DNA of 64,000 bases. It comes from a bacterium (GTDB lineage: Bacteria; Omnitrophota; Gorgyraeia; Zapsychrales; Zapsychraceae). Position numbers and translations under genes: made by a program. Each line of letters begins with the position of its first letter. The first letter of the stretch is position 1. Location: positions 33,131 to 97,130 of the forward strand of contig JAUIER010000004.1 of assembly GCA_030429765.1 (NCBI GenBank), read 5' to 3'. Under the pieces are notes generated by a model, which ran no database searches, was not told the DNA's origin, and saw nothing but the letters and a program-made list of their open reading frames with translations. Below, piece after piece: positions 19,688 to 29,627 of this stretch.

Positions 19688-20153
19688 AATGTTTTAATGC
19701 CTTGATAATGGTGTTTGGAGCGAATCCTCGTCGCTGTAAATAGTCGTATATACGTTTTCGTCGTTTCTCCGGATCAATGTTGTCGTACTTCTGCGCCCGA
19801 CGCTCGGCCAAATCACATACGACCTGCTCCTCAGAGAAGTCTTCATACCCCTGCCGCAACTCCTCATTCAATATATCTTCTTGAATGCCCTTGTTTCGAA
19901 GTTCAAACCGGATCCGGCTTCTGCCGTACGGTTTGGATTGGCGGTAAGCGATCCATTTCCGGGCGAACACACGGTCGTCGATCAAGCCTAATTCCTTAAA
20001 GTAGGCGACAACGTCATCCGCGGTTGTTTCCGGGATTTTTTTGAGTCGTAACCGGCTGCGAATCTCCTGCTCGCTGCGGAGTCGAATCTTCAGCAGCCGG
20101 TACACAATCTGCCGGGCCTGAGCCGTGATTTTCCCTGAATCACCTGGATTCAT
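19662..20153 (-). CDS. recX: RecA regulator RecX
   Basis: 163 aa between recA and alaS with a RecX-like helical-repeat sequence. Confidence 0.75.
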   Translation of the reverse strand: MNPGDSGKITAQARQIVYRLLKIRLRSEQEIRSRLRLKKIPETTADDVVAYFKELGLIDDRVFARKWIAYRQSKPYGRSRIRFELRNKGIQEDILNEELRQGYEDFSEEQVVCDLAERRAQKYDNIDPEKRRKRIYDYLQRRGFAPNTIIKALKHYDSQRNPQ

Positions 20154-20165
20154 TCGTCGTCGGCT

Positions 20166-21191
20166 CTAGGACTCGTTCTCTTTGGCCTTGATATCGGCCA
20201 ATATCTGCTTTTCAATCTTCGCCAGGATCTTCGCGTTGTTGTTCAGGAAGATACGGCTGTTCTCTTTTCCTTGACCGATCTTCTCGTTTTCATAAGAAAA
20301 CCACGCCCCGGACTTGTTAATAATATCCCGTGCCACGGCGATATCCAGAATATCCGCGGTCTTTGAGATACCTTCTTTAAAATGGATCTCAAATATGGCT
20401 TCTTTGAATGGCGGCGCCACCTTGTTTTTGACAATTTTGGCCCGAACCTTGGTTCCGATCATCTCGTCGCCTTTTTTCAAGGTCTCGATACGCCGTAAAT
20501 CTATCCGCACCGACGAGTAAAATTTAAGAGCTCGGCCTCCGGTGGTTGTCTCGGGTGATCCAAACATCACCCCAATCTTCATCCGAATCTGGTTAATGAA
20601 GATGATCGTGGTATTAGACTTATTGATGATGGCCGTAAGTTTCCGTAAGGCCTGCGACATCAGACGTGCCTGCAGCCCCATATGCGAATCACCCATATCG
20701 CCTTCAATCTCGGCCCGTGGTGTCAACGCCGCCACCGAGTCGATAATGATCAAATCCACCGCGCTGGATCGTGTAAGTGTCTCGGCAATCTCTAAGGCCT
20801 GCTCACCGGTGTCCGGCTGTGAAATCAATAAATCATCCAGCTTGACGCCGACTTTTTTGGCGTAACTGGAATCAAAGGCGTGCTCAGCGTCGATAAACGC
20901 GGCCACGCCGCCCATCTGCTGCACCTGATTAATGATACTCAGTGTCAGCGTGGTTTTACCTGATGACTCCGGACCATATATCTCAATAATTCGGCCGCGC
21001 GGTACACCGCCGACACCCAGCGCCAAATCCAGACTCATAGATCCCGTCGGGATGGCCTCAATATTCTTTGCCGTTGAGCCATCCAGCTTCATGATCGACC
21101 CTTGTCCAAACTGCTTTTCAATTTGGGACAAGGCCAAATCCAAGGCTTTTTTCCTGTTTTCCACATCAGCTGTTTTCTTTTGTTCAGCCAT
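20166..21191 (-). CDS. recA: Recombinase RecA
   Basis: 341 aa with a Walker A motif (GPESSGKTT) and RecA L1/L2 loops. Confidence 0.97.
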   Translation of the reverse strand: MAEQKKTADVENRKKALDLALSQIEKQFGQGSIMKLDGSTAKNIEAIPTGSMSLDLALGVGGVPRGRIIEIYGPESSGKTTLTLSIINQVQQMGGVAAFIDAEHAFDSSYAKKVGVKLDDLLISQPDTGEQALEIAETLTRSSAVDLIIIDSVAALTPRAEIEGDMGDSHMGLQARLMSQALRKLTAIINKSNTTIIFINQIRMKIGVMFGSPETTTGGRALKFYSSVRIDLRRIETLKKGDEMIGTKVRAKIVKNKVAPPFKEAIFEIHFKEGISKTADILDIAVARDIINKSGAWFSYENEKIGQGKENSRIFLNNNAKILAKIEKQILADIKAKENES

Positions 21192-21242
21192 GATATCCTC
21201 CTAAAAGATTGGTGATTAGAAGCAAGGGATTTCGAGAAGGGA

Positions 21243-21271
21243 ATTATACATGAGAGTATATGGGTTGTCAA
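21243..21271 (-). promoter_or_regulatory. Consensus sigma70 promoter for recA (TTGACA-17-TATAAT) with an embedded palindrome
   Basis: On the minus strand the sequence is TTGACAacccatatactctcatgTATAAT. The -35 hexamer is at 21266-21271 and the -10 at 21243-21248. The inverted repeat TATAC-N6-GTATA overlaps the -10. Confidence 0.6.
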
Positions 21272-21432
21272 TGAATTCTGCCGAGTAAATTTCTTATAAA
21301 CCGCTGAAAAACATACCTTTACAATTCACCCCCAAATAACCGATCATTTCACAGGCCCCGATCGGCCAAATTCTGGAATATTCATTTTACCGTCCAATTT
21401 CAAACTGCTATACTGCTGAAAAAGGTTCGCTT

Positions 21433-23196
21433 ATGACAAAAAATTCTGCACTTTCCGCCGTCAACTGGGCCAGCTTGTTGCTGCTCGCCGTGATCGCGGC
21501 CTTTACCTTTTTCTTACCGGTCGAAACCGGTGATATCTGGTGGCATCTCAAGGCCGGCCAGCACATTGCCCGGACCGAGATGATCCCGAGCGTCGATCCA
21601 TTCCCCTTTGCCGAAGAACAGACGCCATGGATCCTGACCCAATGGCTGGGCAGCCTGTTTTATTTCCTCGTCCACCAATCATACGGACTGTTGGGCCTCA
21701 AGGTCGTTCGCGTCCTCCTCCTGTCTATCAGCGTTGGACTATTGATCCGGTATAGTTGGCGTCGATTACCGCGGAATATCGCCATCCTATTGGGGTTGAT
21801 TCTGATCCTGGCGATAGAGGACCGCGCCCATTTACGCCCACATGTCTTCAACTTTATCTATATACAAATTTTCCTGATCAGTCTGTTTGAATTTGGCCGA
21901 TCAGGTCGCATCAAATCGCTGCTCCCGATGATCCCCGCCGGGATTCTGTGGATCAACATCCATCTAGGCAGTTTTATGTACGGTGTGACAACCATCGGCC
22001 TGTGCCTGCTGGCCTCTATGGTGACATGGATCAACCCCCGAAGCACCCATCGGCCCAAGGTATCTCAGCCCCTGGGTTATGCGAATGCTCTCGTCGTGTT
22101 TCTGGCCTTGTTCGTCTTCAATCCATACGGGATCAATGGACTGCTGCATCCGCTGAAGACTCTCTGGCTTGAGGAATACATTCAGTTTCAACATCTAAGC
22201 CGCACGATCAATGAGCTGCAGCCTCCGGTGAATCTACTGTCCTGGACCTATGCCTGGGTGGTCCCTGCTTTAATCGCTGGCATCCTCGGTATTATCAAGG
22301 ACAAGCGCTTCCAATTTCGAAATATTCTCCTGCTGGTATTCGGGGTGTTTATGTTTACATATGGTCGTCGGGCGGGCGTCTTTATGGCGCTGGTCTGCCT
22401 GTATATCTTTGTGGACAGCTATGCCGTGGATCAAAAGTCAACCAAATTACCCAATGGTGGATTTATCACGGTGATGACACTGATCCTGTGCATTCTCATG
22501 GCATCGATCGGATGGCAGCGTCAACGGCAACTAATTTTTACGGACGGACGGATCTTCCGATTTCATCAACTGCTTACGGGACAAAACGCCCCGCACAGCA
22601 TCCGCGATCTGCTCAACAATCACAAGTTCGCCGGCCGCCTTTTCAATGATGACATCTACGGCGGCTATCTGATGTGGCACAACTATCCCGGCATTCGAAC
22701 GTTCAGTGACACGCGGCAAATTAATCTGAAGGCCAATCAAATGTACAATGCTGTTCTGCATGATCCACAACGGTTCTGGCCGGAAATGCAGCAGCACATC
22801 GGTTTTAAGGGAATTTTACTGGATGCCAATAAACTGGCAAGCCGTAAGGCGCTGTTATTCTTCTCGAAAAATCCAAATTGGGAACTAGCGATGATTGACG
22901 GAGACAATGTACTTTTCATGAAACGTGAATACACCCATGGACTATATGTGAACCATCTCAAATCACAGGACCAATTTATCCATGACTACCAACAACGGGT
23001 CGAAACCATCTTGAATGCGGGTCCAATCGACCGGCTCCGCTACAGCTATATGGAACCCATCGCCTCCTCGATCACTCTCTTTGAATTGGGATACAAGGGT
23101 GCAGCCCTCGAGCAGCTGCTCCTTTCTTTCAACGCGGCCAACACGCCTTATCAGCATGAAGCGGCCCGACACCTACTCAATCACTTTAACCGTTAA
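21433..23196 (+). CDS. Polytopic membrane protein with a C-terminal soluble domain (possible GT-C-type glycosyltransferase; function unknown)
   Basis: 587 aa. The N-terminal ~380 aa has about 10 predicted TM helices, and the C-terminal ~200 aa is hydrophilic. It is divergent from recA, and I do not recognise a confident family match. Confidence 0.5.
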   Translation: MTKNSALSAVNWASLLLLAVIAAFTFFLPVETGDIWWHLKAGQHIARTEMIPSVDPFPFAEEQTPWILTQWLGSLFYFLVHQSYGLLGLKVVRVLLLSISVGLLIRYSWRRLPRNIAILLGLILILAIEDRAHLRPHVFNFIYIQIFLISLFEFGRSGRIKSLLPMIPAGILWINIHLGSFMYGVTTIGLCLLASMVTWINPRSTHRPKVSQPLGYANALVVFLALFVFNPYGINGLLHPLKTLWLEEYIQFQHLSRTINELQPPVNLLSWTYAWVVPALIAGILGIIKDKRFQFRNILLLVFGVFMFTYGRRAGVFMALVCLYIFVDSYAVDQKSTKLPNGGFITVMTLILCILMASIGWQRQRQLIFTDGRIFRFHQLLTGQNAPHSIRDLLNNHKFAGRLFNDDIYGGYLMWHNYPGIRTFSDTRQINLKANQMYNAVLHDPQRFWPEMQQHIGFKGILLDANKLASRKALLFFSKNPNWELAMIDGDNVLFMKREYTHGLYVNHLKSQDQFIHDYQQRVETILNAGPIDRLRYSYMEPIASSITLFELGYKGAALEQLLLSFNAANTPYQHEAARHLLNHFNR

Positions 23197-23917
23197 AAAA
23201 TAGCCGGCAGAACCCAACAGTCGCGATCGCGGCGGTCTCGACCTTGAGGACGGTCTGACCAATACTCACCGGATGACATCCGGCGTTATGGGCATGACTA
23301 TATTCTGACGAGGTGAAGTCGCCTTCAGGACCTACGAGTACTGACAGGTTTTGATCCACATCAATGCCGGGCAACACAGATTTCAAATCCTTGACCTCAC
23401 CGGACAAACTCGGCATTAGTACCGTTGAACGCTGAATCAACTCCTCGATACAATCTTTAAATCCAGTCACGGGGTGGATGACGGGAACCGTCGCCCGGCG
23501 GGATTGTTTGGCGGCATTAATCGCGACTTTTTCATATCGCGCCATCTTCGACGGCAGCCGATCGGGCTTGATGATAATTTCAGTCCGCTCGGTCTGCAAC
23601 GGGATAATTTCGTCGACACCCAACTCTGTAGTCTTCTCAATAATTGTTTCAAACTTGCCGCGCTTGGGGATTGCGCAGGCCAGGATGATCACCGGTTTGA
23701 GAGATTCTTGATGCACCACCTTCACAATCTTGATCTTGACGCCTTGAGAATCGATGGACTGAATTTCACACTGCGCCTCCATCGCCCCGTTAAAAATCTG
23801 CAGCGGATCCCCTGACGTCAAACGCAATACATTCTTGAGATGATGCACCTCGGAGGCGTCCGTCAATGTGACAGAGGAATTTTTTTCAAGATTAATGTCC
23901 TGATAAAACCGATGCAT
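23186..23917 (-). CDS. rsmE: 16S rRNA (uracil1498-N3)-methyltransferase
   Basis: 243 aa with RsmE/DUF558 architecture (PUA-like N-terminus, SPOUT C-terminus, VGPEGDFT). Confidence 0.75.
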   Translation of the reverse strand: MHRFYQDINLEKNSSVTLTDASEVHHLKNVLRLTSGDPLQIFNGAMEAQCEIQSIDSQGVKIKIVKVVHQESLKPVIILACAIPKRGKFETIIEKTTELGVDEIIPLQTERTEIIIKPDRLPSKMARYEKVAINAAKQSRRATVPVIHPVTGFKDCIEELIQRSTVLMPSLSGEVKDLKSVLPGIDVDQNLSVLVGPEGDFTSSEYSHAHNAGCHPVSIGQTVLKVETAAIATVGFCRLFFNG

Positions 23918-23923
23918 AAAATC

Positions 23924-24514
23924 CTATCGGGAATGGGCCGGCGGGCTGACATCCATCGTTAATGTCATTTCGGGATTGGTTAGCGGATCTACAGGCGCAT
24001 TGATGTCATGCGCGGATAAAGTTAACGTCACCGAATCAAATCGTCCCCCGCCTCCGGTGTTGATCGTAAAAAAATTGGTATTGGTCAGTTGAAAATACTG
24101 ACGGTCGTCGGTCGATGCCGTGCACTCGGCTACACTCGTCGGTGGCATGGTCGAAGGATCAAAACATCGCCTAAGCACATCTGACGTCGACGACATCCAG
24201 CAGGCCCACGTGTCGTCGGTGTAATCCAGCGGCGTTAATGCCAAATCATGCCGGAAACAAATCGTCTCAAATGTTCCAGAATTGACCACAATGCCGGGAC
24301 TCAGCCGATCACCGATGGCCTGCAGGGCATCACGTTTGAGCGCCTTCATGGCCGCGGCCAGCTTCATATCGGTGTAACGCGTGCGTGATGAAGCCGATTG
24401 CATCTGACGTACCGACGTCGAGAACGTCATAATCCCCAACATGATTGTCCCGATAATCACCGTGGAAATCAACAGCTCGGTTAATGATAGTCCTGTTTGG
24501 TTATGGATACGCAT
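23924..24514 (-). CDS. Minor pseudopilin (GspJ/PilW-like), class III signal peptide
   Basis: 196 aa whose N-terminus GLSLTELLISTVIIG is a prepilin G-x-x-x-x-E hydrophobic-helix motif. It is the last gene of the pilin set. Confidence 0.6.
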   Translation of the reverse strand: MRIHNQTGLSLTELLISTVIIGTIMLGIMTFSTSVRQMQSASSRTRYTDMKLAAAMKALKRDALQAIGDRLSPGIVVNSGTFETICFRHDLALTPLDYTDDTWACWMSSTSDVLRRCFDPSTMPPTSVAECTASTDDRQYFQLTNTNFFTINTGGGGRFDSVTLTLSAHDINAPVDPLTNPEMTLTMDVSPPAHSR

Positions 24515-24846
24515 TAGAAATCAATCATGACGTTAACCTGCCGTAAATTTAATCCCGGAACATCCGCGATATTATAGGTAATCGCGTAACCGTTCACCAC
24601 TGTATTGAATGATCCGGTGGCCATAATCCCATTACTCCACATATCGGCCCGCACACCCTGATGCAAGGAGTCCATAAATGTCTTGGCCACATACGCCGCT
24701 TTAAGCTTTTCCATGGAATTGGAACCGGTGGGATGAATCATGGACAATGAAACATAGATGCCGAGAAAAGCGATGGAGAATATCGTCGCTGTCACAATGG
24801 CCTCCATCATGGAAACCAACCCCTCTTTATTATTCATTCTCAGCAT
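24514..24846 (-). CDS. Minor pseudopilin (GspI-like)
   Basis: 110 aa with a degenerate prepilin motif and a hydrophobic helix, translationally coupled to its neighbours. Confidence 0.45.
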   Translation of the reverse strand: MLRMNNKEGLVSMMEAIVTATIFSIAFLGIYVSLSMIHPTGSNSMEKLKAAYVAKTFMDSLHQGVRADMWSNGIMATGSFNTVVNGYAITYNIADVPGLNLRQVNVMIDF

Positions 24847-24861
24847 CGATTCACCATCCTG

Positions 24862-25272
24862 TTACAGGCTGGGACAGGTCCCGCCGCCACAGCTTGGATT
24901 AGTTCCCGGAGCGATTGGAGCTTCCGTCACCCGTACTGTAAATCCATTCCAGGTTCCGTCAAATGTAAATGTCGATCCGTCACTGGTATAGTCGAAGGTA
25001 CTTCCGTCCTGTGCGATCAGGTTGATATTCAGCGCGTTGTTAATGGTACCTATATTGGTTTCATTGGTCGCCACCCAATAGGCCCCGTTCTGAGCCTCAT
25101 AGATCAGACTGGCTCCGTGCAGCGTGGTTAACTGCATGACAAGGTCTCGCTCATGCGACTTGGCAATCGACTTGGAAAAGTCAGGAATCGTGAACGCGGC
25201 AATTAAGCCGATTAAGGCCACAACGACCAGCAGTTCAATAATGGTGAATCCGGACCTTTTTAGTATGTTCAT
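24862..25272 (-). CDS. Pseudopilin/type IV pilin (GspH/FimU-like)
   Basis: I used the internal ATG at 25270-25272, giving the start MNILKRSG|FTIIELLVVVALIG. That is a canonical prepilin peptidase site with an 8-aa leader. Confidence 0.7.
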   Translation of the reverse strand: MNILKRSGFTIIELLVVVALIGLIAAFTIPDFSKSIAKSHERDLVMQLTTLHGASLIYEAQNGAYWVATNETNIGTINNALNINLIAQDGSTFDYTSDGSTFTFDGTWNGFTVRVTEAPIAPGTNPSCGGGTCPSL

Positions 25273-25273
25273 A

Positions 25274-25708
25274 TCAGAACCCCAACTTTCCGCAGACTGT
25301 TGTCGCACTGGTACATGCAATATCACCATCCGCGGTTATCGAAAATGTGTATAGCCCGCCGGTTCGTGTAATTGTCGCGACATCATCGGACGGCGTCGCA
25401 CCGGCCAAAATGCTCGCATCGGTTATGGCCGCAAAATGCTGAGGGGTCGGGATATCCACATCCAGATCGGCCAGTGTCGCCGTAAACAAGTTCCCGTTCT
25501 CATAATAATGCGTCCACTGCGCTTTACGCAGGGCCTCCAGTATCTGCAGGCCTTCGGCGGATTTGGTTTTTTCAAAGACCGTCGTGAAATTCGGCAACGC
25601 CACCGTTACAAACACACCGATAATGATGACAACCACCAAAACCTCGACGATCGTAAATCCATTTGTAGACCGGATGTTGGATTGATCGCTCATATACAGA
25701 TCTTTCAC
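25274..25708 (-). CDS. Pseudopilin/type IV pilin
   Basis: It carries ...STNG|FTIVEVLVVVIIIG. The true start may be the internal MSDQSN (25691-25693). Confidence 0.7.
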   Translation of the reverse strand: MKDLYMSDQSNIRSTNGFTIVEVLVVVIIIGVFVTVALPNFTTVFEKTKSAEGLQILEALRKAQWTHYYENGNLFTATLADLDVDIPTPQHFAAITDASILAGATPSDDVATITRTGGLYTFSITADGDIACTSATTVCGKLGF

Positions 25709-25717
25709 GAAAGTTCA

Positions 25718-25760
25718 CTAAAACAACAACATCGAAGCCCAGAGACTCCGAGCTTCGATG
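25718..25760 (-). terminator. Rho-independent terminator/attenuator after the major pilin gene
   Basis: The minus-strand stem is CATCGAAGC-loop-GCTTCGATG (9 bp), followed by TTGTTGTTTT. Confidence 0.6.
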
Positions 25761-25796
25761 CTGTTTTCTACTTCTGTATTATGTCCTACGATACTC

Positions 25797-26213
25797 TTAC
25801 TTGATCGAACTAAACGATGTTGTCCCGGAACGAACTTGCCCTGTAGGACTGACAGCCAATACAACTGTACTTGAACCGTCCCCACCGTTTGTAGCATTAC
25901 GTGTCGCTGTGATGGTATACGTGCTTGGCGGTGAGTTAACCCATGCATAAGAAAAATGCGCGCCAGGCTCTGAACCCGGATCATCAATATCGACGTTTCC
26001 GAAGTTGTCACAACCAAATGAGTTGTTATTAACCATCGCACATCGGGCAATTGATTTTCGGATAACACCCAATGCATTTAACGCTTCAGTTGAACGAGAA
26101 AACTCGACAGTACTAAAGAAGCGAGGTAGCGCCAAAGACGCAAGTACACCAACGATAATGATTACGATGATGATTTCCAGTAGTGTAAAACCTTTAGTGT
26201 TTCTAATATTCAT
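25797..26213 (-). CDS. Major pseudopilin / type IV pilin (GspG/PilA-like)
   Basis: 138 aa starting MNIRNTKG|FTLLEIIIVIIIVGVLA. It has an AAGGAG RBS 8 nt upstream, is first in the pilin set, and is followed by a terminator. Confidence 0.8.
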   Translation of the reverse strand: MNIRNTKGFTLLEIIIVIIIVGVLASLALPRFFSTVEFSRSTEALNALGVIRKSIARCAMVNNNSFGCDNFGNVDIDDPGSEPGAHFSYAWVNSPPSTYTITATRNATNGGDGSSTVVLAVSPTGQVRSGTTSFSSIK

Positions 26214-26630
26214 TTTCTTTACTCCTTAAAGTTCGAATTTTAGTTGTTCATCAGGTTATTTCGCATCCGCTATATATCGCGAGATTTCGAAAAAGGCTCG
26301 AGTTACGTGATACGCTCCAGCCGGCCAAAAAAAAGACCTATTCCACAACTGTAGAATAGGCACACATTGCTATTGATAGCTGGCTGCCCAGGTATGTCCC
26401 TGGGCCCTTGGCTTTGTGTCCTACCCTTACGAGTAGTTTACCTTTGGCAATAACACTGATTTTTTATTTCTACAGCAGGTATAACATATAAAAATGACGT
26501 TGTCAAACAAGCAAGCGCTACTATTTTATCGCGCGGCCTTTTGTCTTATTTTCTTGTAACCTAATGAATATAATTAATTTACAGCAGAATTACTGTATCG
26601 GAAAGAAAAAAGTGCTTTTTTTTAATATCC

Positions 26631-27869
26631 CTATCCGCCCCCTAATTGAGACAGATTGAACATCGGCAGGAACATGGCCAGGACGATCGTTCCGATCACT
26701 CCCCCCATAAATACCAGCATAAACGGCTCCACAATAGTGGCAAATCGCGACATAAAGGTCTCAACAATATCCTGGTAAAAGGCCGAGACATGCTTGAGCA
26801 TCTTGCTTAATTCACCTGTCTCCTCCCCAACCATGATCATCTGGACCGCCATGGGCGGGAAAAATCCGCTACGCTCCATCGGACCGACCAGAAGCTCGCC
26901 GCCTTTGACGCCCTCCTTAATATCCTGAATGATCAGCGCACACGTATGATTGTCCACCAATCGTTCCGAAATATCCAGCGCGTAGAGGATCGGGACCCCT
27001 GCGTCAATCAGGATCGACATCTGTGAGGTAAAGCGCTCTACAACAATCAGCTGAAAAATTTCGCCAAATGTGGGTAACCTGAAAAGAAACTTTTCAAACT
27101 TCATCCGGCCGTGATATGTCTTGATATACTTACGGAATCCCCATCCGGCCCCTACAAGGGTAAGGACAATTAGGAAAAACTTTTCCTTAATAAACTTAAA
27201 GATCGCTAGGAGCACAGTCGTGATCAGCGGCAGATCCGCCCCCATTTGATTGAAAATATCCTCAAACTTCGGCCCCACCACCAGCGCAAAAAACACCACC
27301 GCCCCGACACAAACACCAAATAAGATGATCGGATAAATGATTCCAGAAACAATCGATGATTTGAACCGCGCCTGCTGTTCGAGATAGAAGACCAGTTTAT
27401 TCAGAACGGTGGGGATCGTTCCGGACGCCTCCCCGACCTCGATCAGACTCACCCAAAACTGATTGAACACCGTGGGATGCTTCGCCAACGCGTCGCTTAA
27501 CGTGCTTCCCTGTTCGATATCAGCCCGAATTTGATTGAGGGCGTTGGCCAAAAACTCACTTTGGACCTGCGTCAGGATAACATCCAGGCTGCGAATCAGC
27601 GTGACCCCCGCCTCAAGCATCGTCGCCAGCTGTCGGGCAAAAGCAAGCATGTCCGTCATCTTGACTTTTTTATGACTGAATTTCTTTTCCGACTTCTTCT
27701 TGGACTTGGCGTCAGACCGTTTGTGACCGGACTTAACCTCATCAACACTCACGACAAAATAATTCTGTCGCTGCAATTGAGACACGACGGCGTCGCGATC
27801 ATAGGCATCTATGACATTCTTGAACGTTTTCCCGTTCTGATCACGAATTGTGTATGAAAATCTCGGCAT
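26631..27869 (-). CDS. gspF: Type II secretion / type IV pilus platform protein (GspF/PilC family)
   Basis: 412 aa with two T2SSF repeats and 3 TM helices. Confidence 0.85.
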   Translation of the reverse strand: MPRFSYTIRDQNGKTFKNVIDAYDRDAVVSQLQRQNYFVVSVDEVKSGHKRSDAKSKKKSEKKFSHKKVKMTDMLAFARQLATMLEAGVTLIRSLDVILTQVQSEFLANALNQIRADIEQGSTLSDALAKHPTVFNQFWVSLIEVGEASGTIPTVLNKLVFYLEQQARFKSSIVSGIIYPIILFGVCVGAVVFFALVVGPKFEDIFNQMGADLPLITTVLLAIFKFIKEKFFLIVLTLVGAGWGFRKYIKTYHGRMKFEKFLFRLPTFGEIFQLIVVERFTSQMSILIDAGVPILYALDISERLVDNHTCALIIQDIKEGVKGGELLVGPMERSGFFPPMAVQMIMVGEETGELSKMLKHVSAFYQDIVETFMSRFATIVEPFMLVFMGGVIGTIVLAMFLPMFNLSQLGGG

Positions 27870-27881
27870 ATGAGTACAGAA

Positions 27882-29624
27882 TTATTCCAGACTAATCCGG
27901 CACACTTCCTCGTAGCTCGTTGTCCCCTGCTCGACAAGCTTAAGGCCGGACTCAAATAGCGTCAGCATTCCATTTTTACGGGCGCAGTCTTTGAGTTGGG
28001 CATGCGAGGCGCCGTCACCGATGAGCTTTCGGATATCGTCGTCGATTTCCAGAACCTCGCCAACCACACATCGCCCCTTGTAACCGACATTATTACATTC
28101 ACTGCAGCCTTTGGGCCGGTAGATCAAGTCGGCATTAAATTTGTAATCGCCATGCTGCGCCGGATCGGGCTCATACGGCTCTTTACATTTAGGACAGATT
28201 CGCTTGGCCAGACGTTGAGCCAGGATCATAACCAGAGAAGGTGTGAGCAGATAATTCGGAACACCGATATCTACCAGACGGGTAATCGCTGAAGGAGAGT
28301 CATTGGTGTGAAGCGTGCTTAATACAAAGTGACCGGTCAATGCGGCCCGGACACAAATGGAGGCCGTTTCAAGGTCGCGTGTCTCCCCGACCATGATGAC
28401 GTCCGGATCCTGACGCAGGAAGGCCTTAAGCGCCACGGCAAAGGTCAGGCCAATCTCTGTCTTGACCGACACCTGATTAATCCCTTCAAGCCGATATTCA
28501 ACCGGATCCTCGGCCGTCATGATATTCTTAGTCGGATCCAGCGTTTCATTGACAGCCGCGTATAGCGAGGTGGATTTACCACTACCCGTGGGGCCCGTCA
28601 CGAAAAACAATCCATAGGGTGATCCCAGCGCCTTTTTGAGCTGTTCGACCTGTTTGGTATTAAATCCCAAATTGGTCAGCTGCAATGGCACCGCGTCTTT
28701 ATCCAGAATACGCATAACCACCTTTTCTCCCCATACGGTCGGCACCGTGGAAACACGGATGTCGACCTTACGATTTTCCAGTTTGGCACTGAGCGCCCCA
28801 TCCTGCGGCAGTCGCTTCTCGGCAATATCCAGTTTGGCCAGGATCTTGATCCGCGACACAATCGGAAGATGCAAATGCGGGGCCGGTGGAGGAATATCAA
28901 TCAGCCCACCGTCAATGCGATATCTGAGATGAAGTGTATTGTCAAACGGCTCGATATGAATATCACTCGCCCGCTCATCAATCGCCTGTCGGATGATCAG
29001 GTCAACCAATTTGATCACCGGCGCCTCAGAGGCCTTTTCCATCAAACGGTCAATACTCAAATCAGCCGATGAAGAATCGTTCTTCACCGGAGCGATAAAA
29101 TCATCGTCATCCGCGCGCTCAAAAGAACTTTCAACTGCCGCCCCCAACAGCGACGTCCGGCCGCCATCCTTTGTCGAGGATCCGCCAAAATAAAATTCAT
29201 TGATCGCCTTTTGCAGGGCCGATGCGGCCGCGATCACCAAATTGATCTCACACTCGGTAATCCGCCGCAAATTATCCAACATCAAAAGGTCCAAAGGATC
29301 CGCGACGGCACAGGTCAGTGAGTTTAACGTTTTCGAAAGCGGCAGTACTGTATTTTTTTTGGCAAAGTCAGCCGGAAGGATTTTGTCAAGATCCTGATCT
29401 TCTTTGGGGCGCAGCATCTCCGGGGTATCAGATGAATAAAACGGAATCCCAAGCTGAGTCCCCAACGCCGAGGTCATATCGTCTTCGGTGATAATTCCCA
29501 TCTTGATGAGGATCTCACCGATCAGTCCGCCTTCCTGCTTCTGGGCATCAATGGCTGTCTGCAGCTGATCCTGGGTAATATAACCCTGCTCGATTAAAAT
29601 TTCACCGATTCGAAGTCTGGCCAT
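27882..29624 (-). CDS. gspE: Type II secretion / type IV pilus assembly ATPase (GspE/PilB family)
   Basis: 580 aa with a T2SE_N domain, Walker A (GPTGSGKST), an Asp box, His box, and a C-terminal CxxC...CxxC zinc knuckle. Confidence 0.9.
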   Translation of the reverse strand: MARLRIGEILIEQGYITQDQLQTAIDAQKQEGGLIGEILIKMGIITEDDMTSALGTQLGIPFYSSDTPEMLRPKEDQDLDKILPADFAKKNTVLPLSKTLNSLTCAVADPLDLLMLDNLRRITECEINLVIAAASALQKAINEFYFGGSSTKDGGRTSLLGAAVESSFERADDDDFIAPVKNDSSSADLSIDRLMEKASEAPVIKLVDLIIRQAIDERASDIHIEPFDNTLHLRYRIDGGLIDIPPPAPHLHLPIVSRIKILAKLDIAEKRLPQDGALSAKLENRKVDIRVSTVPTVWGEKVVMRILDKDAVPLQLTNLGFNTKQVEQLKKALGSPYGLFFVTGPTGSGKSTSLYAAVNETLDPTKNIMTAEDPVEYRLEGINQVSVKTEIGLTFAVALKAFLRQDPDVIMVGETRDLETASICVRAALTGHFVLSTLHTNDSPSAITRLVDIGVPNYLLTPSLVMILAQRLAKRICPKCKEPYEPDPAQHGDYKFNADLIYRPKGCSECNNVGYKGRCVVGEVLEIDDDIRKLIGDGASHAQLKDCARKNGMLTLFESGLKLVEQGTTSYEEVCRISLE

Positions 29625-29627
29625 AAA

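Noticed and set aside
26214-26400. Sigma54 (-24 GG / -12 GC) promoter for the major pilin gene
   Set aside because: The candidate GG...GC elements are spaced 9 nt apart, not 10, and the flanks do not match TGGCAC-N5-TTGCW. The evidence is insufficient.
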